From a virus: a DNA stretch of 64,000 bases. A model generated the notes under the pieces. The model worked only from the letters and a program-made list of their open reading frames with translations. It was not told the DNA's origin and did no database searches. Both the position numbers and the translations under genes were made by a program. The stretch spans positions 1 through 64,000 of the IMG/VR virus record IMGVR_UViG_3300045825_000202, one strand, 5' to 3'. Positions within the stretch are counted from its first letter, which is position 1, and each line of letters opens with the position of its first letter. Of the stretch, positions 15,634 to 26,700 are shown piece after piece.

Positions 15634-16110
15634 ATGGCAAAGAATACTACAAATAAAAGAATAGCAATTAAGCATATAAGGGATCGTTGTAAGGCTAAGT
15701 ATCAGAAACGAGATACATGTGATATCTGCGGAACTGATAAAGATCTAGAACTACATCACTTTCACTCCCTTACCAAACTATTAAATAGTTGGGCTGAAAA
15801 GAAGAACTATAGTATTGACACGGATGAAGAAGTACTAGAAATTAGGGATGAATTCATTGCTGAGCACCACCACGAGATATACGACTTAGTAGCTACTCTT
15901 TGCAACTCTCACCATGTAAAACTCCATTCTTGCTACGGCAAAGCACCTTCTCCTAGTTCAGTAGAAAAACAACAACGCTGGATTGAACTACAAAAGAATA
16001 AGTTACTAGGTATAGAAACTGCAGTAGATATCCAACCCATTAGTCGACCAATTATAGGGTCTTTTACTAAGTTCATAGATGAGCTTCCTAACTTTAGAAA
16101 ATTTATTTAA
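15634..16110 (+). CDS. HNH endonuclease, T5 nicking-endonuclease-like
   Basis: C..CG....LELHH ... LC..HH..LH; lies between TerL and portal as in T5. Confidence 0.8.
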   Translation: MAKNTTNKRIAIKHIRDRCKAKYQKRDTCDICGTDKDLELHHFHSLTKLLNSWAEKKNYSIDTDEEVLEIRDEFIAEHHHEIYDLVATLCNSHHVKLHSCYGKAPSPSSVEKQQRWIELQKNKLLGIETAVDIQPISRPIIGSFTKFIDELPNFRKFI

Positions 16111-16112
16111 GG

Positions 16113-17315
16113 ATGCCTATGCAATGGTATAACCCAATAAGCTGGTTTACATCAGATAAATCTAATCCAGCTCAGTCGGTAATCGGAATTCAAGAAGGTA
16201 GTAATTTAGCTACTACTTCTAAGTATAGTTATAAGACTGCTTTTGATAAACTTGAAGCAGTTAATAGAGGAGTAGGACTACTAGTAGGCGGATGTTCTAG
16301 TCTAGACTACGATATTAGAGATAAAGTTATTGATGGTGTAGTAAACAACGTTAGAATCAAATCACTACATAATCTATTAAACTTTAGACCTAACCCATAT
16401 CAATCAGTACAAGACTTTAGAACCAATATATTTACAGACTTCATTCTAGAAGGTAATATATTTATTTACTATGATGGGGCCTTCTTATACCATCTACCTG
16501 CCGCTAATGTTCAAATCATAACAGATACTAAAACTCTAGTTGCGGAGTTTATTTATAATGGTATTGTGCACATGAAGCCAGAAGAGGTTATTCATGTGAA
16601 AGACGTTAGCAGCCATTCAATATATAGAGGATCTAGTCGTCTAGCCGCTGCAGATAGAAATATTAAGATCCTTTTTGCTATGGAAAATTTTCAAGAACAA
16701 TTTTTTGAGAACGGGGCAGTGGCGGGTATTGTACTAACTACAGATAATACCCTTAGTCAGATTGCTAAAGATAAGACTATAGCTAACTGGTCACAGAAAT
16801 ATAGTCCTAAGAATGGTGCTCGTAGACCAATGATCCTAGATAGTGGACTTAAGCCTAATCCTCTTAGTTCTACCTCTTTTCAGGAACTTGATTTTGACCA
16901 GAGCATTCAAACCCATGACGCTAAGATTTTAAAAGCTCTAGGCGTTCCGCCTATCCTTTTAGATGGGGGCAACAATGCTAATATATCTCCTAATCTAAGA
17001 CTGTTCTACTTAGAAACAGTTATCCCAATTGTTACAAAGTACGTATCCGCGATTGAACGTTACTTTGGGTATGATGTAGCCCCAATAACTGCTGATGTAT
17101 CTGCGCTTCAACCAGATATTAAAGATGTTGCTAGCTATCATTCCACTTTAGTTAACGCAGGTATTCTTACCCCTAATGAGGCTAGAGTAGAATTACGTTA
17201 CCCTAAACTACCTGGTGCTGATGAAATACGAATTCCTGCTAATATTGCAGGGTCTGCTTCTAATCCTAGTGTAGGCGGTGCACCTAAAAAACCGGACGCA
17301 CCACAACCACCATAA
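16113..17315 (+). CDS. portal protein (HK97 family)
   Basis: PNPYQ, GN, F.NGA, GVPP.LL and LTPNEAR motifs. Confidence 0.95.
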   Translation: MPMQWYNPISWFTSDKSNPAQSVIGIQEGSNLATTSKYSYKTAFDKLEAVNRGVGLLVGGCSSLDYDIRDKVIDGVVNNVRIKSLHNLLNFRPNPYQSVQDFRTNIFTDFILEGNIFIYYDGAFLYHLPAANVQIITDTKTLVAEFIYNGIVHMKPEEVIHVKDVSSHSIYRGSSRLAAADRNIKILFAMENFQEQFFENGAVAGIVLTTDNTLSQIAKDKTIANWSQKYSPKNGARRPMILDSGLKPNPLSSTSFQELDFDQSIQTHDAKILKALGVPPILLDGGNNANISPNLRLFYLETVIPIVTKYVSAIERYFGYDVAPITADVSALQPDIKDVASYHSTLVNAGILTPNEARVELRYPKLPGADEIRIPANIAGSASNPSVGGAPKKPDAPQPP

Positions 17316-17323
17316 GGAGTAAA

Positions 17324-19249
17324 ATGGTAGATAAAAATAAAGTACTATATATAAATAGCGCTTTTACCAAAGAACTTCCTCTAGCAAATGAAACTATTGA
17401 TTCCATTTATATTGAAGGATACGCTAGTACCGTAGATCTTGATAGAGGTGGTGATATAGTACCAGCCAGTGTATGGAGTAAAGGTATTGAAAATTACCTT
17501 AAAAACCCTATTATACTCGCTCAGCATGATCATGACGATCCAATCGGTCGAATGGTCGAGCATAAGGTAGACTCTAGAGGACTATGGGTAAAGGCAAGAA
17601 TTTCAGCGGCTGCTGAAGTTTTTAGTTTAATTAAGGATGAAGTCCTTACAGCTTTCAGCATCGGATTCAGAATCATAGATGCTGAGTATAATGCAGCCGC
17701 AGAAGTATTTCTAATTAAAGAACTAGAACTTGTCGAGATATCGGTAGTTTCTGTTCCTATGAATCAGAATACTTTGTTTAACCTCTCTAAAGCATTTTCT
17801 AGTGCCGAAGATTATAATAGTTTCAAAGCTCAATTTATACCCAAAGGCAATTCAGCTAAAGGGCTAGAATCTCTTGCAGATAATGCGAGCACAATCAAAA
17901 AGGAATGGAATATGGATCCAAAAGAACTACAAACGATGCTTGACGCTGCCGCTAAAACTGCTGCTGAACAAGCTACTAAGTCCCTATTAGCTGCACAAGC
18001 AGTCGAAGCCGCTGAAAAAGCTGCCACCGCTCAAGCTGCTGCTGATATGGATGCTCGTATTAAGGCTGCTGTAGCCGCTGCTACTCCGTCTACTACGGGT
18101 ACTGAAAAATTGATGGCCGATATTGAAAAGCGTTTCGCTGATCAAGCTGCTGAATCTAAGTCTGCTCTTGCAGGTCTAGAAGCTGTTCTAGCCGAAAAAG
18201 CTGCTGAAATTCAAGCAATGCAAAAGTCTAAAATGACGTTCACTGACCCTAAGGGTGTGGATTATGCAGAACGTGAAAAAGCCGTGCTGCTTGCTAAAGT
18301 CAAGGGCGTAGGTATTGAAAGTACTAAGTTTGGTCAAGAACTTAGTACTAAGACAGGTGCTCACGTAGCAAGTGCTACATGGGAACTGGAAGTTTCTACT
18401 AATATGGAAACTGAAATCCGTCGCCGGTTAGTTGTGGCTTCTTTGATGACTCCTATTCAAATGAAGACTAATGTGATGACAATTCCAGTAAATCCTGAAG
18501 CTGGCGTTGCTACTTGGATTACTAATGCTCAATTTGGTACTTCTGCTTCTGCCGGTGCTACTCAGACCCATCAACTGAAAGAAATCACGTTGAATGCCTA
18601 TAAGGTAGCAACGAATGAATATATGGCCTATGAAGAGGATGAGGACTCGTTAATCGCTCTGCTTCCAATAGTTCGTGATGCTATGATTCGCCGGGTTGCT
18701 CTCGCTGTTGATAAGGCCTTCTTGCTTGGAGCAGGTGCTGGTGCTGATCCCGTTAAAGGCTTCCTAACTTACGATACTACTTCTGCGGTTACTTCTGCAG
18801 TTGCTAATAAGATGACTATCGCTAATCTTCGTGCTCTACGTGCAGATATGGGAGTATATGGTCTTACTCAAAGCGAACTAGTATTTGTTGTCTCTACTGA
18901 TGGTTACTTCGACTTGCTTGAAGATACTACTTTCCAAACAATGAATCAGGTTGGTCCTCAAGCTACTTTGCTGACTGGTCAAATTGGTATGGTTGGTCAA
19001 ACCCCCGTACTCGTAAGTGGTGCGTTCCCTGCTAAGGCAGCCGGTGCTACAACAGCTACAACTAACTACGGTGCTCTGTGTGTTAATCCTACTAACTTCA
19101 TTGCAGGTTCGCAACGTGGTCTACGTATGGATACTCAGGAACTTGTTGAAACACAACGTCGTGTTATCGTTGCATCTCTTCGTACCGGTATGATCCAACT
19201 CTCAACAGTTGGCGGTATTGGTTGCTCGGCATTCCGTTGGGTTGCTTAA
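17324..19249 (+). CDS. prohead protease-major capsid protein fusion
   Basis: HK97 protease N-terminus (IEGYAS..D, H, SIGF, EISVVSVP.N), Ala-rich scaffold, then HK97-fold capsid. Confidence 0.9.
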   Translation: MVDKNKVLYINSAFTKELPLANETIDSIYIEGYASTVDLDRGGDIVPASVWSKGIENYLKNPIILAQHDHDDPIGRMVEHKVDSRGLWVKARISAAAEVFSLIKDEVLTAFSIGFRIIDAEYNAAAEVFLIKELELVEISVVSVPMNQNTLFNLSKAFSSAEDYNSFKAQFIPKGNSAKGLESLADNASTIKKEWNMDPKELQTMLDAAAKTAAEQATKSLLAAQAVEAAEKAATAQAAADMDARIKAAVAAATPSTTGTEKLMADIEKRFADQAAESKSALAGLEAVLAEKAAEIQAMQKSKMTFTDPKGVDYAEREKAVLLAKVKGVGIESTKFGQELSTKTGAHVASATWELEVSTNMETEIRRRLVVASLMTPIQMKTNVMTIPVNPEAGVATWITNAQFGTSASAGATQTHQLKEITLNAYKVATNEYMAYEEDEDSLIALLPIVRDAMIRRVALAVDKAFLLGAGAGADPVKGFLTYDTTSAVTSAVANKMTIANLRALRADMGVYGLTQSELVFVVSTDGYFDLLEDTTFQTMNQVGPQATLLTGQIGMVGQTPVLVSGAFPAKAAGATTATTNYGALCVNPTNFIAGSQRGLRMDTQELVETQRRVIVASLRTGMIQLSTVGGIGCSAFRWVA

Positions 19250-19305
19250 TAGCTAAATAAGATAAGGGCTTTGGCCCTTATCTTTAACAAGGGTTCTATG
19301 AGCCT

Positions 19306-19902
19306 TTGTTAAAGATAAAGGATAATAAAATGGGTTTATCATTAATCAGTCGTTCAGATTACAAAATCTACGCCGGAATCTCTAGTAATACACAAGACGT
19401 ACTTATAGACTCTCTAATAGTAAAGATTAGTGCCCTAGTAAAATCTATTTGTAATAGAACTTTTATAGATTATGTTAATGACGCTAAAGTAGACTACTAC
19501 GATGGTGGCACATCTACTCTATTAGTAGAAGAGTACCCAGTACTTAATATTACTTCATTGGAGTACTCAGCAGACTATGGAAATACTTACACCACTCTTA
19601 CTGAGTTTATTGATTATGCTGTTTCTAGAATTAATTATAGTATTATTTCTATCAAAACTAACGGATTCCCTTATGCAGTTAACGGATATCGTTTAACATA
19701 TACTGCAGGATTTACGGAAATTCCCGAAGACCTTAAATTAGCTATATTTGATCTAGTTACTTACTATATTAAAAGCGATATGGCTATTCATAGCAACCGT
19801 AATCAAGGTGCTAATACGGTGCAGGTGGAGTACGTAACAACGACTAGTTTACCTTCGCATATCAGACGCGTGTTAGACTTACACGCAGCACATTATAATT
19901 AA
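19306..19902 (+). CDS. head completion / head-tail connector protein (start probably 19330)
   Basis: Y.AG...IPEDLKLA motif; follows the capsid gene. Confidence 0.8.
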   Translation: MLKIKDNKMGLSLISRSDYKIYAGISSNTQDVLIDSLIVKISALVKSICNRTFIDYVNDAKVDYYDGGTSTLLVEEYPVLNITSLEYSADYGNTYTTLTEFIDYAVSRINYSIISIKTNGFPYAVNGYRLTYTAGFTEIPEDLKLAIFDLVTYYIKSDMAIHSNRNQGANTVQVEYVTTTSLPSHIRRVLDLHAAHYN

Positions 19903-19904
19903 TT

Positions 19905-20696
19905 ATGTCAGTATTAGATTTTAGTGAAGTACTTCGTAATAGGGCTTTAGCGAACTGGGCGTCTAAGACTCCAGTTGCTACAACAACTATTACCGCTTCT
20001 GCTGATAAAACAGTAAATAATGCTATAGCAGATTATAGTATAAACTTTAAGATAGATTCTGCTAACGAAACTGAACGTCTAGCCACACAGACTAGAATTG
20101 TTAATGAGTTAAAGGACCCTAGGCTGCAGCGAACTTTATTAGATTTACATGGTAGCCCATCCTATATGGAACTAGTAAATGATATGTTACTAGATATACT
20201 GAAGGGTAGAAAAACAAGTAAGAAGTACCATACTAATGAAGTAGTACTTTCCAAGATTGTAGTAGCAGAGAACACTCAGTTAGAAAAACTAGCAACTAAC
20301 AGTAACTTAGAACAAGCAAAAGCTATCAGTACTAGTTCCACACAAATAAAGACATTAGACGGTAGATTTTATAGTTTAGCTAGTCTACAAGTACTTCTTA
20401 ATAGCCAACTTCAAGACGTTATCTCAGCTAATATGGGTAACGGAGATCAGAGGAGAGTCCTTAATTTTAGAACCGGTAGATTTGCTAGTACCGTTGCAGT
20501 AGAAAAGCTTACTTTAGGTAAGGAAGGTATGATCTCTATTTTTTATTCCTATATGAAGTACCCTTATGCTACCTTTAGTGAAGGCGGAGTTCAGGGCTAC
20601 CCAAGGACTAGAGACCCTAAGACTTTGATTGGCAATAGTATTAAAGAAATAGCAGCTACTAAGGTAGCTAATAGATTAAGGACAGTGTTAATTTAG
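19905..20696 (+). CDS. tail completion (neck) protein
   Basis: L.FRTGRFA...Y.YM..PY..F...RDP..LI..SI.EIA motif of T5-like neck proteins; synteny. Confidence 0.65.
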   Translation: MSVLDFSEVLRNRALANWASKTPVATTTITASADKTVNNAIADYSINFKIDSANETERLATQTRIVNELKDPRLQRTLLDLHGSPSYMELVNDMLLDILKGRKTSKKYHTNEVVLSKIVVAENTQLEKLATNSNLEQAKAISTSSTQIKTLDGRFYSLASLQVLLNSQLQDVISANMGNGDQRRVLNFRTGRFASTVAVEKLTLGKEGMISIFYSYMKYPYATFSEGGVQGYPRTRDPKTLIGNSIKEIAATKVANRLRTVLI

Positions 20697-20726
20697 AATT
20701 GATTTTATAAATAAGACAATAAAAGG

Positions 20727-21182
20727 GTGGAAATTAGCATGAGTAGACGAACAAGTATCCTAAAGGCTCTAGCTGAAAAATTTAAAGTAATTGACGGTAC
20801 GGGTGTATATAAGACTAACCTATTTGGAGCAGCTTTTCACTATCTTAAGTTCTGGGATGAAATTAATCAATTCCCCGCTATTTATATGTCCGCCGGAACT
20901 GAGCAACGAGAGTATCTACCTGGTAACTTTACCTGGGCATTCTTAAATATAGCGATAAAAATATACTGTAAAAATGGTGACGACCCTCAGGAAGAATTAG
21001 AACTATTATTAGAAGACGTAGAAACAGTGCTTAATAATAACCGACAATTAATTTATGATACTACATATGGGTACGAAACCACAGAAATTTTAGTATCAAG
21101 TATTATAACAGATGAATCTCTTTTAAGACCTTATGGCATAGGGGAGATACAGGTACAGGTTAGATACCAGTACCCAGCATAG
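20727..21182 (+). CDS. tail terminator protein
   Basis: Synteny and size match the T5 tail terminator. Confidence 0.7.
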   Translation: MEISMSRRTSILKALAEKFKVIDGTGVYKTNLFGAAFHYLKFWDEINQFPAIYMSAGTEQREYLPGNFTWAFLNIAIKIYCKNGDDPQEELELLLEDVETVLNNNRQLIYDTTYGYETTEILVSSIITDESLLRPYGIGEIQVQVRYQYPA

Positions 21183-21281
21183 ACTACATAGTCTATAAAC
21201 AGTATAATCGTATCAGTAGCATTAAATACAGATAAATATCTAGTCTAAATGCGAAAAGGTACATAAGACAAAGGAATAATT

Positions 21282-22805
21282 ATGCCAGGTTTCAATCTAG
21301 TACGCAATTCACGCCTATTTTTTACTTCAAACGTTGCAGCTGCAACAGGTATTGTATCTCAGGGAACACTTACTTCCCTAGCTACTAATGGAGTAGGAAC
21401 TCAGGAAATTGCGGTAATGAATGGATTTAGTTTTAGCCAAGCTACCGCATCTCAAACAATCACAGTAAGCGAAGCGGGTAATACCCCTACACGTGGACAA
21501 CGCGCCTTTAATACGGCACTTCAAGCTGTAGACTTTAAGTTTACAACGTATATCCGTCCTCGTGGTGCTAATGCTACTACCGATATGGATGAAAAGGTTC
21601 TATGGAATGCTCTTCTTTCCGATGGTGCTGTTAACTTAGCCCCTACAGGTGTTACACAAGCAGGTAGCTTTAGTGCATCCGCTGCCACTATTGCTAGAAC
21701 TGGTACTACAAACGTAGTAACGTATACATGGACTGCTATTGATATTAGTACCGTACCAGGGTTTGCTCTAAATGATAGAGTTAATGTTGGTGGGGTAGTT
21801 AATACAGGTGGATTAGGATTTAATGGATCAGGTGTTATTACTACAGTCTCGGGATCTGTTGCCGCATGTACGGGTGTTATAGTTACAATGGATATTGCAC
21901 CAGACGGTACAGGTAACCCATCTACTACCACAGGTACTATTTACTTCTCTAAACAAAGTGCTCTTCTACGTAATGCTGTAGCAGGTACCGAAGCTGCTCA
22001 CGTTATGGCTACTGTAGGTCTATCTGGTAAGAACCAATTGCAAAAGTTTGGTTTAGTAGTTATTGTTGACCAAGCTACCTACATTATTGATAATGCAGCA
22101 CTTGACCAAGCTATTATTGACTTTGGTATTGATGGTATTGCCTCTGTTGAGTGGACTGGTAAAGGTACTGTTCTTCGTGTGCTAGCAACAGGTACAGGTA
22201 TTGCAGGTACATTTGGTGGATCTTTAACAGGTTCCTATACCGCAGCTGCAGGTCCTACAGTTTCAGCAGGTAACTTCATTACTAAGAAACTATCTACAGC
22301 TACTCTAGCTTCTACTTTTAGAGGTAAAGGTACTAGTGCTAAGGTATACACAGTTGCTATAACTGGTGGTACTGTTACTATTGCTAATAATATTACGTAT
22401 GTAACTCCAGATAGTTTAGGTGTTGTGAATGTGCCAATCGGCTATTTTACAGGTACTCGCGCTATCTCAGGTAGTATTACTGCTTACCTAAAAACCGGTG
22501 CAGGCAATACAACTAATACACTTCTAACCGACTTGCTTGCTGCTAACGCAGAAACTAAGTACTTCTTAGAACTACAGCTAGGTGGAGCTAATAACTCTGT
22601 TAAAGTAGAGTTTGAATTCCCTACTGTTACACTACAAGTTCCCACTGTAGACGTTAAAGATGTGGTATCTACTAGTATTAGTTTCGTAGCTCAAGGTGCT
22701 CAACTTCCTGACTCTAGTGCTACAGCGCTTGCAGATGCTTCAGCTACTAGTTACTATGACGTAGAAGCACTAACAGATATGATAGTTCGTTACTACTCAG
22801 TTTAA
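21282..22805 (+). CDS. major tail tube protein (T5 pb6-like)
   Basis: GFSFSQ, RG...FN.AL, IDF.IDGIA...W.G and FTGTRAISGS.TAYL motifs. Confidence 0.85.
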   Translation: MPGFNLVRNSRLFFTSNVAAATGIVSQGTLTSLATNGVGTQEIAVMNGFSFSQATASQTITVSEAGNTPTRGQRAFNTALQAVDFKFTTYIRPRGANATTDMDEKVLWNALLSDGAVNLAPTGVTQAGSFSASAATIARTGTTNVVTYTWTAIDISTVPGFALNDRVNVGGVVNTGGLGFNGSGVITTVSGSVAACTGVIVTMDIAPDGTGNPSTTTGTIYFSKQSALLRNAVAGTEAAHVMATVGLSGKNQLQKFGLVVIVDQATYIIDNAALDQAIIDFGIDGIASVEWTGKGTVLRVLATGTGIAGTFGGSLTGSYTAAAGPTVSAGNFITKKLSTATLASTFRGKGTSAKVYTVAITGGTVTIANNITYVTPDSLGVVNVPIGYFTGTRAISGSITAYLKTGAGNTTNTLLTDLLAANAETKYFLELQLGGANNSVKVEFEFPTVTLQVPTVDVKDVVSTSISFVAQGAQLPDSSATALADASATSYYDVEALTDMIVRYYSV

Positions 22806-22877
22806 GGTTTTTCTGTCGCCGGCTTGATCACCGGCGGCTCTTTTTAATCAAGTGTTACAATAATTAAAGGAACACAA

Positions 22878-23312
22878 ATGTCAGATGTAATTACCCCAGT
22901 TTTAAGTCTTAAATCCCTATTAGTGCCTAGTAAGGCTGCAGAAGTTGAGTACCCCGGGTTAGACGGATTTAAACTCAATGTGTGCTTTCTATCTCGAGAG
23001 ACTTTAATTAATATTCGTAAGAAAGCTACTAGTATTACTTATAAGAAACATCAGCCAATCGAAGAACTAGACGATGACCTGTTTCTTAAGTTTTACGTTG
23101 CAGAAACAGTAAAAGGATGGTCGGGCTTTAAACTAGCATATCTCGAAAAACTAGCTCCAGTTGAGTTAGCAGGACAGAACCTAGAAGCAGAACTAGAGTA
23201 TAGTGCAGATAATGCCTTATTCCTTATGAAGAATTCCTCTGACTTTGATAGTTTCATTAGTGAAATTGTTACAGAACTAGCAAATTTTACGAAAGCCAGT
23301 GCCTCGGCTTAA
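22878..23312 (+). CDS. tail assembly chaperone (gpG-like)
   Basis: Between tube and tape measure; slippery heptamer near the 3' end. Confidence 0.8.
   Translation: MSDVITPVLSLKSLLVPSKAAEVEYPGLDGFKLNVCFLSRETLINIRKKATSITYKKHQPIEELDDDLFLKFYVAETVKGWSGFKLAYLEKLAPVELAGQNLEAELEYSADNALFLMKNSSDFDSFISEIVTELANFTKASASA
23282..23288 (+). other. programmed -1 frameshift site A AAT TTT
   Basis: X XXY YYZ heptamer in frame; the -1 frame stays open into ORF 23354-23659. Confidence 0.8.
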
Positions 23313-23353
23313 ATAATCAAATAGACTCTTATTTAAGAAACGTCTCTTTAGGA

Positions 23354-23659
23354 ATGACTAAAGAGACGTATCTTGAAATGTGCGAAACCTTAGGTAATAC
23401 CCCCTTACCTGAAGAAATACCTTTAGAGCTAGAAGACCTATTTATCGAAGTACAATACGCTTTTTCAATATATAGTGAGCTTCGAGATGACTGGGATACG
23501 ATGAACGGAGATTTTCTAGGTAAGCACTTAGAGGGTATATTAGATATATTTATTATAAACGACGTACCGGCAGAAGATAGAAAGGTACTGCTATCTATTA
23601 TAAATATAATAGATAAATGTAGAGTAAAGATTAGTAGGGAAAATAAACCCAAAAACTAA
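23354..23659 (+). CDS. tail assembly chaperone frameshift extension (gpT-like)
   Basis: -1 frame relative to the upstream chaperone. Confidence 0.75.
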   Translation: MTKETYLEMCETLGNTPLPEEIPLELEDLFIEVQYAFSIYSELRDDWDTMNGDFLGKHLEGILDIFIINDVPAEDRKVLLSIINIIDKCRVKISRENKPKN

Positions 23660-23687
23660 GCCCACTATAACTATAGTGGGCTTTTTT
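23658..23687 (+). terminator. intrinsic terminator
   Basis: AAGCCCACTATA/TATAGTGGGCTT stem plus T run. Confidence 0.8.
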
Positions 23688-23708
23688 ATGGTTGAATAAA
23701 TTTATACC

Positions 23709-23737
23709 TTGACCCTAGGCTGCATAAGTGCTATAAT
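23709..23737 (+). promoter_or_regulatory. sigma70 promoter of the tape measure operon
   Basis: TTGACC-17-TATAAT; overlaps a GACCCTAGG motif. Confidence 0.75.
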
Positions 23738-23796
23738 AGGGGTAGATAAAATTAGTACCTCTATGTTTTAGTGTATAGGTATACCGGAGATAATAC

Positions 23797-26700
23797 ATGG
23801 CAGATAACACAGTAAATATTAAGTTACAATTAACCGCCTTAGGTATAAAAGAGGCTAATAGTGATGCAGTAGCTTTATCCAGTAATTTAGATAAAGCTGT
23901 AAAGACTGCTGATGTAATAAAGAAAACCGCTGCAGCTAGTGGTACAGGAGAGTCTAAGACCGCTAGAAGTTTAGGTATAGGGGCAGGTACAGGATCTGCA
24001 GCAAGCGACTTTGCCGCTCAAGCCTCAGGGCTTGGCGGGCTAGTTCACCTATATGCTACATTTGCAGCTAACTTATTTGCTGTAAGTGCTGGCTTTACTA
24101 TGTTAAGTAAAGCTATGGATACAACTAATCTAGTAGCAGGTCTAGATCAGATTGGCGCATCAGTAGGTAAGAACCTAGGTAGCCTATCTAAGCAGATGGT
24201 AGATATTGCTAATGGAGCTATATCGCTTCAACAAGCTATGAGATCTACAGCTATGGCTACCTCAGGAGGTATGACTAACGATCAGATTCTTAGAATGACC
24301 AAGGTGGCTCAACAGGCGTCTCTCGCGCTAGGCAGAGACTTACCAGACTCTATGGACCGCTTAACAAAAGGTATCATTAAGACGCAGCCAGAACTACTAG
24401 ATGAGCTAGGTATTATGACTCGTGTGATTCCTGCACAATCTGCATACGCAGAAAAGATAGGTAAAACAGTTACTAGTCTTACTACATTTGAAAAGCAACA
24501 AGCTTTCGCGAATGCTGTACTAGAAGAAGGTGAGAAGAAGTTTGGAGCTATTGCTCTACAATCTAATCCTTACTCTAAAATACTAGCAGGTCTAACTAAC
24601 CTAGCTCAAACTGGGTTATCTTTAGTAAATACAGTATTAGCACCATTAGTTGCTATGCTTGCTAGTAGTCCTACAGGTCTAGCAATTGCAATAGGAGCAG
24701 TAGCTTCAATGCTGCTAAAACAAGCAATTCCTACAATGGGAATGCTTAAAGAAAATACTTTAGCAGCAGCAGAACAGTCTAAGCTACTTGCAGTAACTAA
24801 GTCTATTGAAGCACAAAAAGGTTACCAAGCAGAAGCTTTAGCTGCTAAAGCAGCTGCAGTAGAGATTAGTAACACTAAATTAGCTGCGCTAAAAGAGTCA
24901 GAAGATGCTGCTAAAACTGCAGCTACGAATAATATAGCAACTGCTAAAGCTAATAGTGCTTTAGTAATAGCTAATGCTAAAAAAGAATTTGAAATATCTA
25001 AGCAGACAGCAGATAACCTAGCGGAAGAAAAAGTATCAGCACTTGTACGTGTAGAAACTAAAATTAAAGAGTTATCTGATAAAGAATTAGCTAAAGGTGG
25101 TAAGCCTTCTGCAGCGTATAAACTATTAAATACACCAGATATAAATTCTGTAACGCAAGAACAGTTGAATAGAGTAGAATCAACTGCTAAAGGCTACGAT
25201 ACTAAAGCTGTAAAGGCTAACTTAGCAGGTAACGAAGAACTATACCAATCTAACAAAAAGAATGCAGCAATGCAAAGAGAGTACATCTCTACTATTTTAG
25301 ATGTACAAAAAGCACATAACTCCTATACAGGCTCTTTAACAGAAGGTACAGCAAAAGTAGCGGCTGTAGAACTAAAAGCATCTACGGCAGTACAGAATGC
25401 TATATCCGCAGAGTCCGAAGCGCATAAAAACTCCGCTATAGTAGTAGCAGAAGCATCCGTAAAGAAAGTACTAGCAGAGAATGCGGCTACTTTAGCAGCT
25501 GAAGAATACGTAAAGACTAGTTTACAAAATGAGAGTATACTATCTACAGGTAGACATACTCGTATGATAGCTGATAGAGCTTTATTACAGGCTGCATCAG
25601 ACTCTATAGTATCTCAGTCTTCACAAACTGCTTCCACTAAAGGGTTTACAGCAGCTATGTCTGAAGCGTATAAGTCAGTCACTATAGCTATGTCAGGTGC
25701 TTCTAGTGAAATGGTGAAAATAGGTACTACTACAGATGAGTCCGGTAAACAGATTGATAATTTTGAGAAAGTCACTACTCCTGCAATGGGTAAAGTACGA
25801 GGGGGGTGGACGTTATTAAAGTCAGCCGTAGTATCAGCTACTAGTGTAGTTACTACAGCATTATCTGCTTTCCAAAGCATATTTATATACGTAGGTATTG
25901 CAATTGCAATATACCAAACTTTTAATAGTGTACTAAGTAGTTCAGCAAAAGAATCTGCTGCCTTCAATGACTCACTAGAAACCTTAAAATCTTCTTTCGA
26001 TAATATTGATAGAACCATTGATGTAATAAGTAAGAAAGACCCATTAGGTAGTATGAGTATAGTATCTACTCAAGCACTAGCTAATGCATTTAATGACCTT
26101 ACTACTAATCTAGACGCTACTATTAGTAGATTTGAAAAATTAGTAGTAGCTAGAAGTGGCTGGGATTCTGCTAAAAATTGGTTATTTGATATGTTTGGAC
26201 AGGGAGACGCAGATAAGTTAGCTGCTAGTGTATCAATGTCTATTGTAGATGCTATGAAAGTAATGGAGGAAGGTCCTGCTAAAGAAGCAGTTAAATCTTC
26301 TCTTACTAATCTTATTGGTAAAGGCATAGACCCTAGTAACTTTAATTCAATTAATTCGGCAATTAAAGATTTAGATGAGAATAAGATTTTAGGAGTTGCT
26401 AACGCTACAGATAAACTATTACAGACTGCTAATAGAAATGCAAATAATGCAGCCTCCGCGCTAACAGCATTTGCCACAGCCTTAGCAGATATTGCAAAAC
26501 AAAATACTGTAATGGGTAACAAACTTATCCCTACAGATGATTATAGTAAATTAGGTATTGAGTTAGGTAAAGGAGCAGTATCGCTAAACGAAGCTTTAAA
26601 AGATCCTATTAACAGTTTAAAAGCATTAGCTGCGTTATCTAAAGATATTAGTACACTAAGTCTATTGCCTAGAGATACAGCTGTAGAGCTAGGTGGGGCT

